Source of the DNA: Alphaproteobacteria bacterium
GTDB taxonomy: Bacteria > Pseudomonadota > Alphaproteobacteria > GM7ARS4 > G965262615
Direction: 5' to 3'
NCBI GenBank assembly: GCA_965262615.1
Contig: OZ253545.1
Location: forward strand, 64,001-128,000
Length of the DNA: 64,000 nucleotides
Shown: one piece after another, positions 29,832-39,191 of the stretch
How the letters are laid out: every line of letters begins with the position of its first letter
Numbering within the stretch: position 1 is the first letter of the stretch
Program-made: the position numbers and the translations under genes
Notes under the pieces: model-generated
Told to the model about the DNA's origin: nothing
Seen by the model: the letters and a program-made list of their open reading frames with translations, nothing else
Databases searched by the model: none

Positions 29832-30746
29832 TTTTAGGCTATGTTTTCACGGGACAAGGCTCACAAAAAGTGGGAATGGGGCGCGATTTCTATGACCATC
29901 CCGCAGGACGGGCGGTCTATGAGGAGGTTAATGATGCTCTGCGGTACGATTTGGCACAGCTGGCTTTTGCCGGCGATGAGGCGACTCTGCGTCTGACTCA
30001 TCACGCCCAACCCGCCATCATGATGGTGAGCATGGCAGGCTACCGTGTGCTAGAAGCGATGTTGGGGAAATCTTTGACTCCGCATTTTTTTGCGGGACAC
30101 TCATTGGGAGAATACAGCGCATTGATTGCCAGTGGCGCGCTATCATTGAGTGATGGGGCGCGCCTTTTGAAAATCAGAGGCGAGGCGATGCAGGCGGCGG
30201 TTGCTGAGGGCGAGGGCGGCATGGCTGCCATCATTTGCGGGCTTTTTTTCAAAAAAAAGTGGATGTTTTTTTAACCGTGCGTCTGATAAAACACGGTCAG
30301 TTCATATCATTACAGCAGGAAGAATTGCGAGGCTCACTATGATTTTAGGCTATGTTTTCACGGGACAAGGCTCGCAAAAGGTGGGAATGGGACGCGATTT
30401 TTATGACCATCCCGCAGGACGGGCGGTCTATGAGGAGGTTAATGATGCTCTGCGGTACGATTTGGCACAGCTGGCTTTTGCGGGCGATGAGGCGACTCTG
30501 CGTCTGACTCATCACGCCCAACCCGCCATCATGATGGTGAGCATGGCGGGCTATCGCGTGATGGAGGCGATGCTGGGGAAATCTTTGACTCCGCATTTTT
30601 TTGCCGGACACTCATTGGGAGAATACAGTGCATTGATTGCCAGTGGCGCGCTGTCATTGAGTGATGGGGCGCGCCTTTTGAAAATCAGAGGCGAGGCGAT
30701 GCAGGCAGCCGTTGCTGAGGGCGAGGGCGGCATGGCTGCCATCATT
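29725..30746 (+). repeat. 511-bp tandem duplication of era 3' end + fabD 5' part (29725-30235 / 30236-30746)
   Basis: Direct alignment at offset 511; about 18 substitutions, nearly all synonymous. Confidence 0.95.
29828..30274 (+). pseudogene. fabD: Truncated fabD copy
   Basis: First 136 codons of FabD, then switches into duplicated era sequence and stops. Confidence 0.9.
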
Positions 30747-31277
30747 GGCTTGACACACGATGATGTGATGCCGTTGTGTCATGAGCAGGATGATGCTCAC
30801 GGCATCATCACCATCGCCAATGACAACAGCGCGCAGCAGGTGGTGGTGTCCGGTCATAAAGCGGCGGTGGAGACATTGTGTATGACGGCAAAAGAACGAG
30901 GTGCAAAACGCGCCATCATGCTGGAGGTGAGCGCGCCCTTTCACTGCCCCTTGATGAAAGACGCACAAAGCGTCATGGCGGACGCTCTTGACCAAGTGAC
31001 ATGGCAAACGCCCAGCGCGCCCATCATGACCAATGTCACGGCACATTACGAGACAGACCCCGTCCAATTGAAGCAATTGCTGGTGCAACAGGTCACCGCC
31101 ATGGTGCGCTGGCGAGAAATGATGGCGCGCATGGCGAAGGATTCTGTCTCATTGATGCTGGAGCTGGGACCCGCCAATGTGCTGGGTAATTTGGCGCGCC
31201 GCTCAGGGCATGATTTTGCCACTCACAGCATTACCGATATGGCATCACTGGAAGAAGCTCTGCCGTTGCTGGCGTGA
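30339..31277 (+). CDS. fabD: Malonyl-CoA:ACP transacylase
   Basis: F.GQGSQ.VGMG, AQPAI, GHSLGEYSA, RG.AMQ, VSAPFHC.LM, VRW, ELGP. Confidence 0.97.
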   Translation: MILGYVFTGQGSQKVGMGRDFYDHPAGRAVYEEVNDALRYDLAQLAFAGDEATLRLTHHAQPAIMMVSMAGYRVMEAMLGKSLTPHFFAGHSLGEYSALIASGALSLSDGARLLKIRGEAMQAAVAEGEGGMAAIIGLTHDDVMPLCHEQDDAHGIITIANDNSAQQVVVSGHKAAVETLCMTAKERGAKRAIMLEVSAPFHCPLMKDAQSVMADALDQVTWQTPSAPIMTNVTAHYETDPVQLKQLLVQQVTAMVRWREMMARMAKDSVSLMLELGPANVLGNLARRSGHDFATHSITDMASLEEALPLLA

Positions 31278-31280
31278 CAC

Positions 31281-32108
31281 ATGGAATGGCGTGATGAGGC
31301 ACTGGTGGTGGCGTGTCATTGGCATGGCGAACACGCCGCCATCTTGTCGGTATTGACCAAAGGGCGCGGCGTGTGGCGCGGACTGGTGCATGGCGCGCAC
31401 GGCAAAAAAACACGCGCCCTCATTCAACTGGGATTTCCTCTCACGGTGACTCACAGAGCGCGCACCGCCGACCAATTGGGGGTGTTTCGGCTGGATGCCT
31501 CACCCCATTGCGGCTTTTCCTATCGGCTGCACAGAGGACATCGCTTGGCGATGCAATCATCGGCGTGTGCCTTGGTGGCGTTGTTGTGTCCCGAACATCA
31601 ACCTCATGAGGCGATTTTTAGCTCTTTGTGTGATTTATTCATGCGACTGGCAAACAATGAAGCAGAGCATCATTATGTGGCGTGGGAATATGATTTGTTG
31701 CGCCATCTCGGCTATGGCACGGATATTAGCCGTTGTGCACTCAGTAAACAGATACCCGTCTCTTTTGTGTCCAAAAAGAGCGGGCGGGGAATTCATGCAT
31801 CGCACATGCAAGAAAAATGGCGTTCTCATGTGTTGCCGGTGCCAGCGTTTTTATCGCACTATGCTCAAAGCCAGACCATGAAAGATGACGCCATTGACGC
31901 GTATGAGCTCAAACAAGGTTTATCTCTCACGGGTTATTTTCTTCACCAATGCGCGCTGCACCGTCATCGCCCTCTGCCACAGGTGCGGGCATTGATTATG
32001 CGTGTCCCTCAGCAAGGGGTAAATAATCATGCCCGCGCCAGTAGCGATACAAAAAGCGCGCCATTTCAATCACCATCACCCACATCAGAGCGGCAAAAAA
32101 CAGCGTGA
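31281..32108 (+). CDS. recO: DNA repair protein RecO
   Basis: MEWRDEA.V...HGE..AI...T...G..RGLV.G, RAR...LG, PE..PH, WE..LL..LGYG, LTGYFL. Confidence 0.9.
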   Translation: MEWRDEALVVACHWHGEHAAILSVLTKGRGVWRGLVHGAHGKKTRALIQLGFPLTVTHRARTADQLGVFRLDASPHCGFSYRLHRGHRLAMQSSACALVALLCPEHQPHEAIFSSLCDLFMRLANNEAEHHYVAWEYDLLRHLGYGTDISRCALSKQIPVSFVSKKSGRGIHASHMQEKWRSHVLPVPAFLSHYAQSQTMKDDAIDAYELKQGLSLTGYFLHQCALHRHRPLPQVRALIMRVPQQGVNNHARASSDTKSAPFQSPSPTSERQKTA

Positions 32109-34026
32109 TGGCGGCATTGAGATAGTTATTAAAAATGCGCCGTGAGACATCACCCACAGCGGCGGCGGCAATCAGACCGCTATCCAGTTGTGCTTGCAGA
32201 TGGGAGGCTTGGGCGAGAAAGCCGATGCGAATATCCTCATGGGCGATTTTATGCCATGCGGCGGTGGTGGTGACAATCAGCATCCACACAAGAGGAAGGG
32301 CGGTCGTCCAGACATAGCGTCCCTTGCCAGATTTGACGATGACGCTCGTGCCCACGCACAAGGCAATCACACCCAACATTTGATTGGATATGCCAAACAG
32401 CGGCCATAGGCTGTTGATTCCTCCCAAAGGATCAATTGTTCCCATATAGAGAAAATACCCCCACGCCGCACAAAAGACGGCACTGGCAATGATGGTGCTT
32501 TGGACGGAACTGGTTTTGCGCAAAGCAGGCACGAAGGGACCCAAGGCATCTTGGAGGAGAAATCGTCCCACGCGCGTGCCGGCATCCAATGCGGTGAGAA
32601 TGAACAAAGCTTCAAACATGATGGCAAAATGATACCACATGGCAATCCACTGCTCGGATGTGGCTTTGGAGAACAAACTTGCCATGCCCACCGCCAAGGA
32701 TGGTGCGCCGCCCGTGCGTGCCAACAAAGTCCCTTCACCCATTTGGCTTGCAAGATTCTGCATCTGTTCAGGGGTCACCACAAATCCCCATGAAGAGATG
32801 GTGGCGGTGGCTTCCTGCAAAGAAGCTCCCACGATTCCTGCGGGGCTATTGATGGCAAAAAAGACCCCCGGCTCCAGCACACACGCGGCAATCATTGCCA
32901 TGATGGCAACGCCCATTTCCACCGTCATGGCACCATAGCCGATGAAGCGCGCGTCCTTTTCATCGGCAAGCAATTTGGATGTGGTGCCCGAACACACCAA
33001 TGCGTGAAAGCCCGATATCGCTCCACACGCAATGGTGATAAAAACAAAAGGAAACACCGCACCCGCAAAGATGGGCCCCGTGCCATCAATGAAGGATGTG
33101 AGTGCGGGCATTTTCATGTCAGGGCGAATGATGACAATGGCGATGGCGAGCAGAAACACAGTGCCTAATTTCATAAAGCTGGAGAGATAGTCTCGCGGCG
33201 CAAGAAGCATCCACACGGGGATGGCGGATGCGGCAAAGCCGTAAAGAATAAGCAAGAGGGCAAGGCTCTCGCCACCGAAATCAAACCACTGCCGCCACAC
33301 AGGATGGGCATCCACCATGCCGCCCGCCGCCACCGATAGCATCAACAACGACACGCCAATGAGAGTGCCCTCCAGAATACGCCCCGGGCGAATGGAGCGC
33401 ATATAAAACCCAATGAGAATGGCGATGGGAATGGTGGCAAAGACGGTGGCAGTCGCCCATGGGCTATGCTTCATGGCATTGACCACCACCAATCCCAACA
33501 CGGCGATGAGAATCACCATGATGGCAAGCACCCCCACCATGGCGGCACTGCCGGCGGTGCGTCCCAATTCGTCGCGCGCCATCGTCCCAAGACTGCGACC
33601 ATTGCGTCTCAAAGAACATGTGAGAATGACCAAGTCCTGCACGCATCCGCCCAATACCGCGCCCACCAAAATCCATAATGTCCCCGGCAGATAGCCAAAT
33701 TGTGCCGCAAGGGTGGGACCAATGAGAGGACCTGGGCCCGCAATGGCGGCAAAGTGATGTCCAAACACAATCCAGCGATTGGTGGGAACAAAGTCACGCC
33801 CATTGTTCAAACGCACGGCGGGCGTGGTGCGAGATGAATCCAGTGCCAGAACGCGCGCCGCCAAAAATGCACTGTAAAAACGATACGCCAGCAATCCCAC
33901 ACACAAAGCGGCGGTCAAAAACCACACGCTGTTGATGGTCTCGCCGCGATGAAGGGCAATGGTCGCCACCGATGTCGCTCCCACCACCGCCACCAGTCCC
34001 CATGAAATCATGCGGGCAAGGGTCAT
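31996..34026 (-). CDS. cstA: Carbon starvation protein A family transporter (CstA/BtsT-like)
   Basis: FGHHFAAIAG.GPL.GP.LAAQ.GYLPG, WMLLAPRDYLS, TIACGAISGFH, RTGGAPSLAVG, WYHFAIMFEALFILT. Confidence 0.96.
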   Translation of the reverse strand: MTLARMISWGLVAVVGATSVATIALHRGETINSVWFLTAALCVGLLAYRFYSAFLAARVLALDSSRTTPAVRLNNGRDFVPTNRWIVFGHHFAAIAGPGPLIGPTLAAQFGYLPGTLWILVGAVLGGCVQDLVILTCSLRRNGRSLGTMARDELGRTAGSAAMVGVLAIMVILIAVLGLVVVNAMKHSPWATATVFATIPIAILIGFYMRSIRPGRILEGTLIGVSLLMLSVAAGGMVDAHPVWRQWFDFGGESLALLLILYGFAASAIPVWMLLAPRDYLSSFMKLGTVFLLAIAIVIIRPDMKMPALTSFIDGTGPIFAGAVFPFVFITIACGAISGFHALVCSGTTSKLLADEKDARFIGYGAMTVEMGVAIMAMIAACVLEPGVFFAINSPAGIVGASLQEATATISSWGFVVTPEQMQNLASQMGEGTLLARTGGAPSLAVGMASLFSKATSEQWIAMWYHFAIMFEALFILTALDAGTRVGRFLLQDALGPFVPALRKTSSVQSTIIASAVFCAAWGYFLYMGTIDPLGGINSLWPLFGISNQMLGVIALCVGTSVIVKSGKGRYVWTTALPLVWMLIVTTTAAWHKIAHEDIRIGFLAQASHLQAQLDSGLIAAAAVGDVSRRIFNNYLNAAITLFFAALMWVMVIEMARFLYRYWRGHDYLPLAEGHA

Positions 34027-34220
34027 GACTAAAAAATGTCTCCCGAGTCACGAAAACGGCGCGCAGCGCGCACACGATACAAGCGAGAACGCCGCACATT
34101 ATTGCCCGTTATATCCTCGCCAAAAACGCCCTTGACAAAGAGTCGCCAAATCTGTGCTATTGTGATGATCGCGCGAAGCATACCATCATCATGCCGCACG
34201 CTCATTGGAAAATCAATCTC

Positions 34221-34973
34221 ATGAATTCAGGCAAATTATCACTGGCGGGCAAAAAAGCTTTGATTACGGGGGCGAGTGGCGGCATCGGCTCGGCTATGAG
34301 CGATGCTTTTGTGGCGGCAGGGGCGGTGGTCACCTTGCACGGCAGACGCACCGACGCATTGCAAAAACTCAAAGACAATTATGGCGACAAGTGTCATACC
34401 ATTGCCTGTGAGCTGACCGACAGTGACAGTGCCACATCACTGGTGACGCAAAGTATCTCTCACTGGGATGGCTTGGATATTGTGGTGAGCAATGCCGGCG
34501 TGACGCGCGATCAATTGCTGCTGCGTCTGAAGGATGAGGCATGGCTTGAGGTTCTTGCGGTGAATTTGACGGTGGCGATGGCACTCACGCGCGCGGCACT
34601 GCCGGTCATGACCAAACAACGCTGGGGACGCGTCATCATGATGAGTTCTGTGGTGGCGGCAATGGGCAATGGCGGACAGAGTGCGTATGCCTCTGCCAAA
34701 GCGGGCATGGGCGGCTTGGTGCGGTCGGTGGCACAAGAGGTGGGCAAGCGCGGCGTCACCGTCAATGCCATCGCCCCCGGATTCATTGACACCCCCATGA
34801 CCCAGTCATTGCCCGATGCCGTCAAAGAGACCTACAAAAACGCCATTCCTTTAGGATGCTTTGGCGAACCTGATGATGTCGCCGCCGCTGCGCTCTATCT
34901 GGCTGGCGACAGCGGACGCTACATCACGGGACAAACGCTTCACATCAATGGCGGCTTGTGGATGGGTTCATAA
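34221..34973 (+). CDS. fabG: 3-oxoacyl-ACP reductase
   Basis: TGASGGIG, NAG.TRD, YASAK, NAIAPGFI.T.MT, YITGQTLHINGG. Confidence 0.97.
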   Translation: MNSGKLSLAGKKALITGASGGIGSAMSDAFVAAGAVVTLHGRRTDALQKLKDNYGDKCHTIACELTDSDSATSLVTQSISHWDGLDIVVSNAGVTRDQLLLRLKDEAWLEVLAVNLTVAMALTRAALPVMTKQRWGRVIMMSSVVAAMGNGGQSAYASAKAGMGGLVRSVAQEVGKRGVTVNAIAPGFIDTPMTQSLPDAVKETYKNAIPLGCFGEPDDVAAAALYLAGDSGRYITGQTLHINGGLWMGS

Positions 34974-35038
34974 AGCTCTTGAGTTAGACTCGCTTATGTA
35001 TTATGGCATAGTCATCAATCAATTCTGAATGGAGACGA

Positions 35039-35278
35039 ATGATGAGCAAAAATGCTGAACGAGTGAAAAAAATCATTGCCGACCATCTGAGCATAGAGGA
35101 GAGCAAGGTGACGGACGCTGCCAATTTCATTGATGATTTGGGCGCAGACAGTTTGGATACGGTGGAGCTGGTGATGGCTTTTGAAGAAGAATTCGGCTGC
35201 GAAATTCCTGATGATGCCGCCGAGAAGATTTTGACCGTCAAAGATGCGATTGCTTACATTGATAAGCACGGCTCTTGA
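35039..35278 (+). CDS. acpP: Acyl carrier protein
   Basis: [21 protein letters not shown]. Confidence 0.99.
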   Translation: MMSKNAERVKKIIADHLSIEESKVTDAANFIDDLGADSLDTVELVMAFEEEFGCEIPDDAAEKILTVKDAIAYIDKHGS

Positions 35279-35287
35279 TGGTTTTTA

Positions 35288-36577
35288 ATGGAACGGGTTG
35301 TCGTCACGGGACTGGGAATGCTGACGCCACTGGGCTGTGGCGTGGCTTCGTCATGGCGCTGTCTTATTGAGGGCAAGTCTGGCATTGGCAAGGTCACGCT
35401 TTTTGATGCCAGCGATCATCTCTCCAAAGTGGCGGGCGAGATTCCCCGTTCTGATGGTCAGATGGTGGGGGGGGAGGACGATGTTCTTGTCATGGATGAT
35501 CATCTCACGCCGCGCGAACAAAGGCGTGTTGACGAATTCATCGCCTATGCCATGATCGCCGCCCGCCAAGCTCTGCAAGACAGTGGATGGGATGGTGTCT
35601 TGCAAAAAGATGAGGTGGCACAAAAACGCACAGGCGTGCTGATTGGCTCCGGCATCGGCGGACTGGACACCATTGCCCGCAACGCGCTCATTCTTGACAA
35701 ACAAGGAACAAGACGCATATCGCCGCTTTTTATTCCCTCGTGCTTGATTAATTTGGCATCCGGCAATGTGGCAATTGAGCATAACATTCGCGGCCCCAAT
35801 CACTCGGTGGTGACGGCGTGCTCTACCGGCGCCCATGCCATTGGCGATGCCATGCAGATGATTCGGCTCGGCAAGGCGGATGTGATGGTCGCGGGAGGCG
35901 CAGAAAATGCCATTTGTTCTCTGAGCTTTGCCGGCTTTGATGCCTTGCGAGCATTGTCATCCAAATTTAATGACACCCCCACCCAAGCATCCCGTCCGTG
36001 GGATGAACGGCGCGATGGCTTTGTCATGGGCGAAGGGGCGGGAGTCATGGTGCTTGAATCCCTTGACCACGCCCGCAAGAGAGGCGCGCCCATCCATGGA
36101 GAGGTGGTGGGATATGGAATGTCAGGGGACGCTCATCATGTCACCGCGCCTCTTGAAGATGGCGGCGGCGCACACGATGCCATGCGTGCCGCTCTTGATG
36201 ATGCCGAGCTCAATGCCGATGATATTGATTACATCAATGCCCATGGCACATCCACCCCTTTGGGGGATGAGGCGGAAATTCATGCGGTCAAACAATTGTT
36301 TGGCAACCATGCGTCTCGGCTTGCCATGTCATCCACAAAGTCTGCCATCGGACATTTGTTGGGCGCGGCGGGCAGTGTGGAGGCAATCTTTTCGTTGCTT
36401 GCCATGCGCGATCAAACAATCCCGCCCACTCTCAATTTAGACACACCCTCTGCCTGCTGTGACGGCATTGAGCTTGTGCCGCATGAATCTCAGCGGCGCA
36501 AGTGTCGCACTGTGCTGTCCAATTCCTTTGGGTTTGGCGGCACCAACGCCTCTTTGATTTTTGCCCATGCGCCATAG
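35288..36577 (+). CDS. fabF: Beta-ketoacyl-ACP synthase II
   Basis: VTACSTGAHAIG, RDGFVMGEGAG, YINAHGTST, STKS.IGHLLGAAG, SNSFGFGGTN. Confidence 0.98.
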   Translation: MERVVVTGLGMLTPLGCGVASSWRCLIEGKSGIGKVTLFDASDHLSKVAGEIPRSDGQMVGGEDDVLVMDDHLTPREQRRVDEFIAYAMIAARQALQDSGWDGVLQKDEVAQKRTGVLIGSGIGGLDTIARNALILDKQGTRRISPLFIPSCLINLASGNVAIEHNIRGPNHSVVTACSTGAHAIGDAMQMIRLGKADVMVAGGAENAICSLSFAGFDALRALSSKFNDTPTQASRPWDERRDGFVMGEGAGVMVLESLDHARKRGAPIHGEVVGYGMSGDAHHVTAPLEDGGGAHDAMRAALDDAELNADDIDYINAHGTSTPLGDEAEIHAVKQLFGNHASRLAMSSTKSAIGHLLGAAGSVEAIFSLLAMRDQTIPPTLNLDTPSACCDGIELVPHESQRRKCRTVLSNSFGFGGTNASLIFAHAP

Positions 36578-37676
36578 TGGTGCACAAGCCGCCATCAGTG
36601 TTACTCTCGTTTTATGGGTGGTTGCCACCGCCCATGTCACCCATTATGTCATGACTTTTTTGCAAGCCAGCTCGCACACGCAATCTGTGTTGGTCACCAT
36701 TGAAAAAGGCTATGGCGCAAACAAAACCGCGTGGACTCTCAAGCGAGCCGGCGTGATTGATGACGCTATTTTATTTCGCACCATGGTGGTGGCACTGAGA
36801 GCAACGGGATCATTGAAGGCGGGACGCTACACCATCCCCGCTCATGCCAGCCCACTGATGATTTTGCAACAAATCATCAAAGGCAAAGCGGAACTGCTCC
36901 GAGTCACCATTCCCGAAGGCATCACTCTTGCCGAGGCTCTTGCCATCATTCGTGCCGCCCCTGCGCTGACGGGGGAAATTACAATTCCTCTCGCGGAGGG
37001 AATGTTGCTACCCGAGACTTATTTCTACAGTGAAGGCAAAAGCCGCAATGCCCTCATCACCCACATGGGAGACGAAGCGAGCCGCATCCTGCAAGAGGCA
37101 TGGCAAAACCGAGCCCCCAACCTGCCGTTGCGTAATCCGCAAGAGGTGATGGTGCTGGCTTCCATCGTGGAAAAAGAGACATCCCTTGACTATGAAAGAC
37201 GCCTGGTCGCGGGCGTGTTTATTCATCGCTTGCGGAAAAAAATGAAGCTGCAGTCCGATCCCACCGTGATCTATGGCATCACACTGGGCAGAAGTTCATC
37301 GTTGAATCGTCCCATTCGCATGAGCGATCTCAAGAAAAAAACGGCGTGGAACACCTATGTGATTGACAGCCTGCCTCCAACGCCCATTTGTTTGCCGGGG
37401 CGCGCCTCCATTGAGGCGGTGACGCAACCCGAGGAAACCGATTTGTTGTATTTTGTCGCCGATGGACGCGGCGGTCATATTTTTGCCGCCACCCTTGAAG
37501 AGCATGAACGCAATGTCAAAAAATGGCGCAGTGTGGAACAACGGCGCAAAGAGGAAAAACGAATCGCCACCATCAAAAGCGACCTCAAAGGACTTCTCAA
37601 ACCGCGCCCGTGGCGACCGCAAAAAAAACAGCCACCACAGCCCTCATCACCCAGCCTTAATCTTTTCGCCCCATGA
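36567..37676 (+). CDS. mltG: Endolytic murein transglycosylase
   Basis: EG.L.PETY, LASIVEKET, LQSDPTVIYG, NTY...LPPTPI, LYFVADG.GGH.F. Confidence 0.96.
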   Translation: MRHSGAQAAISVTLVLWVVATAHVTHYVMTFLQASSHTQSVLVTIEKGYGANKTAWTLKRAGVIDDAILFRTMVVALRATGSLKAGRYTIPAHASPLMILQQIIKGKAELLRVTIPEGITLAEALAIIRAAPALTGEITIPLAEGMLLPETYFYSEGKSRNALITHMGDEASRILQEAWQNRAPNLPLRNPQEVMVLASIVEKETSLDYERRLVAGVFIHRLRKKMKLQSDPTVIYGITLGRSSSLNRPIRMSDLKKKTAWNTYVIDSLPPTPICLPGRASIEAVTQPEETDLLYFVADGRGGHIFAATLEEHERNVKKWRSVEQRRKEEKRIATIKSDLKGLLKPRPWRPQKKQPPQPSSPSLNLFAP

Positions 37677-38308
37677 CCATTCCTGCGATACAGAAAAAAA
37701 ATGGTTTTCTGTTGGTGGTCTCGTCTCCATCGGGTGCCGGCAAAACATCCTTGACGCGCGCCCTGACTGAACGCAATTCCGCTCTGCGCCTCTCCATTTC
37801 GGTCACCACGCGCCCGCCGCGCCCCGATGAACGCGATGGACGGGACTATCACTTTGTCTCATCAAAACAGATGCAACAGCTGCACCATGACAATGCCCTG
37901 CTGGAGCATGCGAAAGTGTTCGGTTATCACTACGGCACGCTCAAAGAACCCATCATGCAAGCCATTGAAAAAGGAGATATTATGGTATGCGACATTGATT
38001 GGCAGGGGGCGCAGTCACTACGGCGCGCTCTTGGACAGCAACAGGTGAGCGTCTTCATTATGCCGCCCTCTCTTGATGTTCTCAAACAGCGACTCCACAC
38101 TCGCGCCCAAGATGAAGAAAAAGTTCTCAAAGAACGCTTCGCCGCCGCCCAACAAGACATCGCTCACTGGCACAACTACGATTACACACTCATCAATGAT
38201 GATTTTGCTCGCGCTCTGGAACAGCTGCAGGCAATTATTCAGGCAGAATTTCTCAAGACGGCACGGATTCCGCCATTACCCGCACCAAGCGACACAAAGT
38301 CTCTATAG
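37673..38308 (+). CDS. gmk: Guanylate kinase
   Basis: SSPSGAGKT, SVTTR.PR..E.DG.DYHFV, YGT, DIDWQGA, PPS. Confidence 0.98.
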   Translation: MTIPAIQKKNGFLLVVSSPSGAGKTSLTRALTERNSALRLSISVTTRPPRPDERDGRDYHFVSSKQMQQLHHDNALLEHAKVFGYHYGTLKEPIMQAIEKGDIMVCDIDWQGAQSLRRALGQQQVSVFIMPPSLDVLKQRLHTRAQDEEKVLKERFAAAQQDIAHWHNYDYTLINDDFARALEQLQAIIQAEFLKTARIPPLPAPSDTKSL

Positions 38309-39047
38309 ACAGCTGTTCGGGGCGACAATGTCCGTCAATGTCGGCTTGTGCCAGCACATCATGGATGTTCATGTCACCATCAAAGTCCTTGAGACTATTG
38401 TGCACCATCTTGCGCCTTTGACTGAACAAATGACGCAAAACATCACCCAACAAGGCATCCTCGTCTGATGAGAGAGAAGCGGCGCGCGGTGTCATGGTGA
38501 GCAGGCGAGACTTCACCTGAGGCGGCGGATGAAACGCGGCGCGTCCGATGGAACGCAACAACACAATATGCCACGCCAGCTGTGCCATCACGGAAACTCG
38601 TCCATAGTGTTTATTGCCTTCGCGCGCCACCAAACGCTGAGCGATTTCCTCTTGCACCACAAAAGTCAAACGCGCACACCCATAATGACGAAAGCGCATC
38701 ATGAGCGGCACCGCAATGTGATAGGGCAGATTGCCCACCACCGCCACAGGACGATGGCATGTCACATCATCCAAAGGAATTGTCAGGGCATCCTCAATCA
38801 TGACCGTCAAACGCTCATCTCTCAACGCCATAAGCACACTCTTCATGCGTTTGTCATATTCAATGGCAATCAATTGTCTCAGCGGATGCGCGAGCAGAGC
38901 CTTGGTGAGAGCTCCAGACCCCGCGCCCAGTTCAATCACGGATGGTTCGTTCAAGCCCTCCAGTGCGTGGCGAGCAATCAATTGATTAAGGCGCGGCTCT
39001 AACAAAAAATGCTGCCCGTATGATTTTTTAGCAGCGGGAAATGTCAT
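38253..39047 (-). CDS. rsmA: 16S rRNA dimethyladenosine transferase
   Basis: KK.YGQHFL, E.G.G.G.LT, EYD, GNLPY.I, YGR.SV, F.PPP.V.S, F.QRRK. Confidence 0.96.
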   Translation of the reverse strand: MTFPAAKKSYGQHFLLEPRLNQLIARHALEGLNEPSVIELGAGSGALTKALLAHPLRQLIAIEYDKRMKSVLMALRDERLTVMIEDALTIPLDDVTCHRPVAVVGNLPYHIAVPLMMRFRHYGCARLTFVVQEEIAQRLVAREGNKHYGRVSVMAQLAWHIVLLRSIGRAAFHPPPQVKSRLLTMTPRAASLSSDEDALLGDVLRHLFSQRRKMVHNSLKDFDGDMNIHDVLAQADIDGHCRPEQLSIETLCRLVRVMAESVPS

Positions 39048-39191
39048 GCCAGCCCTCATGCCAGCCCTCTACTCTGTGCCAACCGATACCCCATGCCCAT
39101 AGCGGCACACAAACTGGCATCACGAAATGTCATGCCAGCCCTCTGCTCTGTGCCAGCCGATGTCCCATGCCCATGGCGGCACACAAACTGG
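39038..39191 (-). repeat. Duplicated pdxA-stop/rsmA-start junction (68-bp copy 39124-39191; copy 39038-39117 has an extra 12-bp internal duplication)
   Basis: Both copies read CCAGTTTGTGTGCCGC.ATGGGCATGGG...GGGCTGGCATGACATTTC on the minus strand; 5 substitutions. Confidence 0.9.

Noticed and set aside
30201-30338. N-terminal extension of FabD in the ORF track
   Set aside because: Artefact of the duplication junction; the true start is ATG 30339
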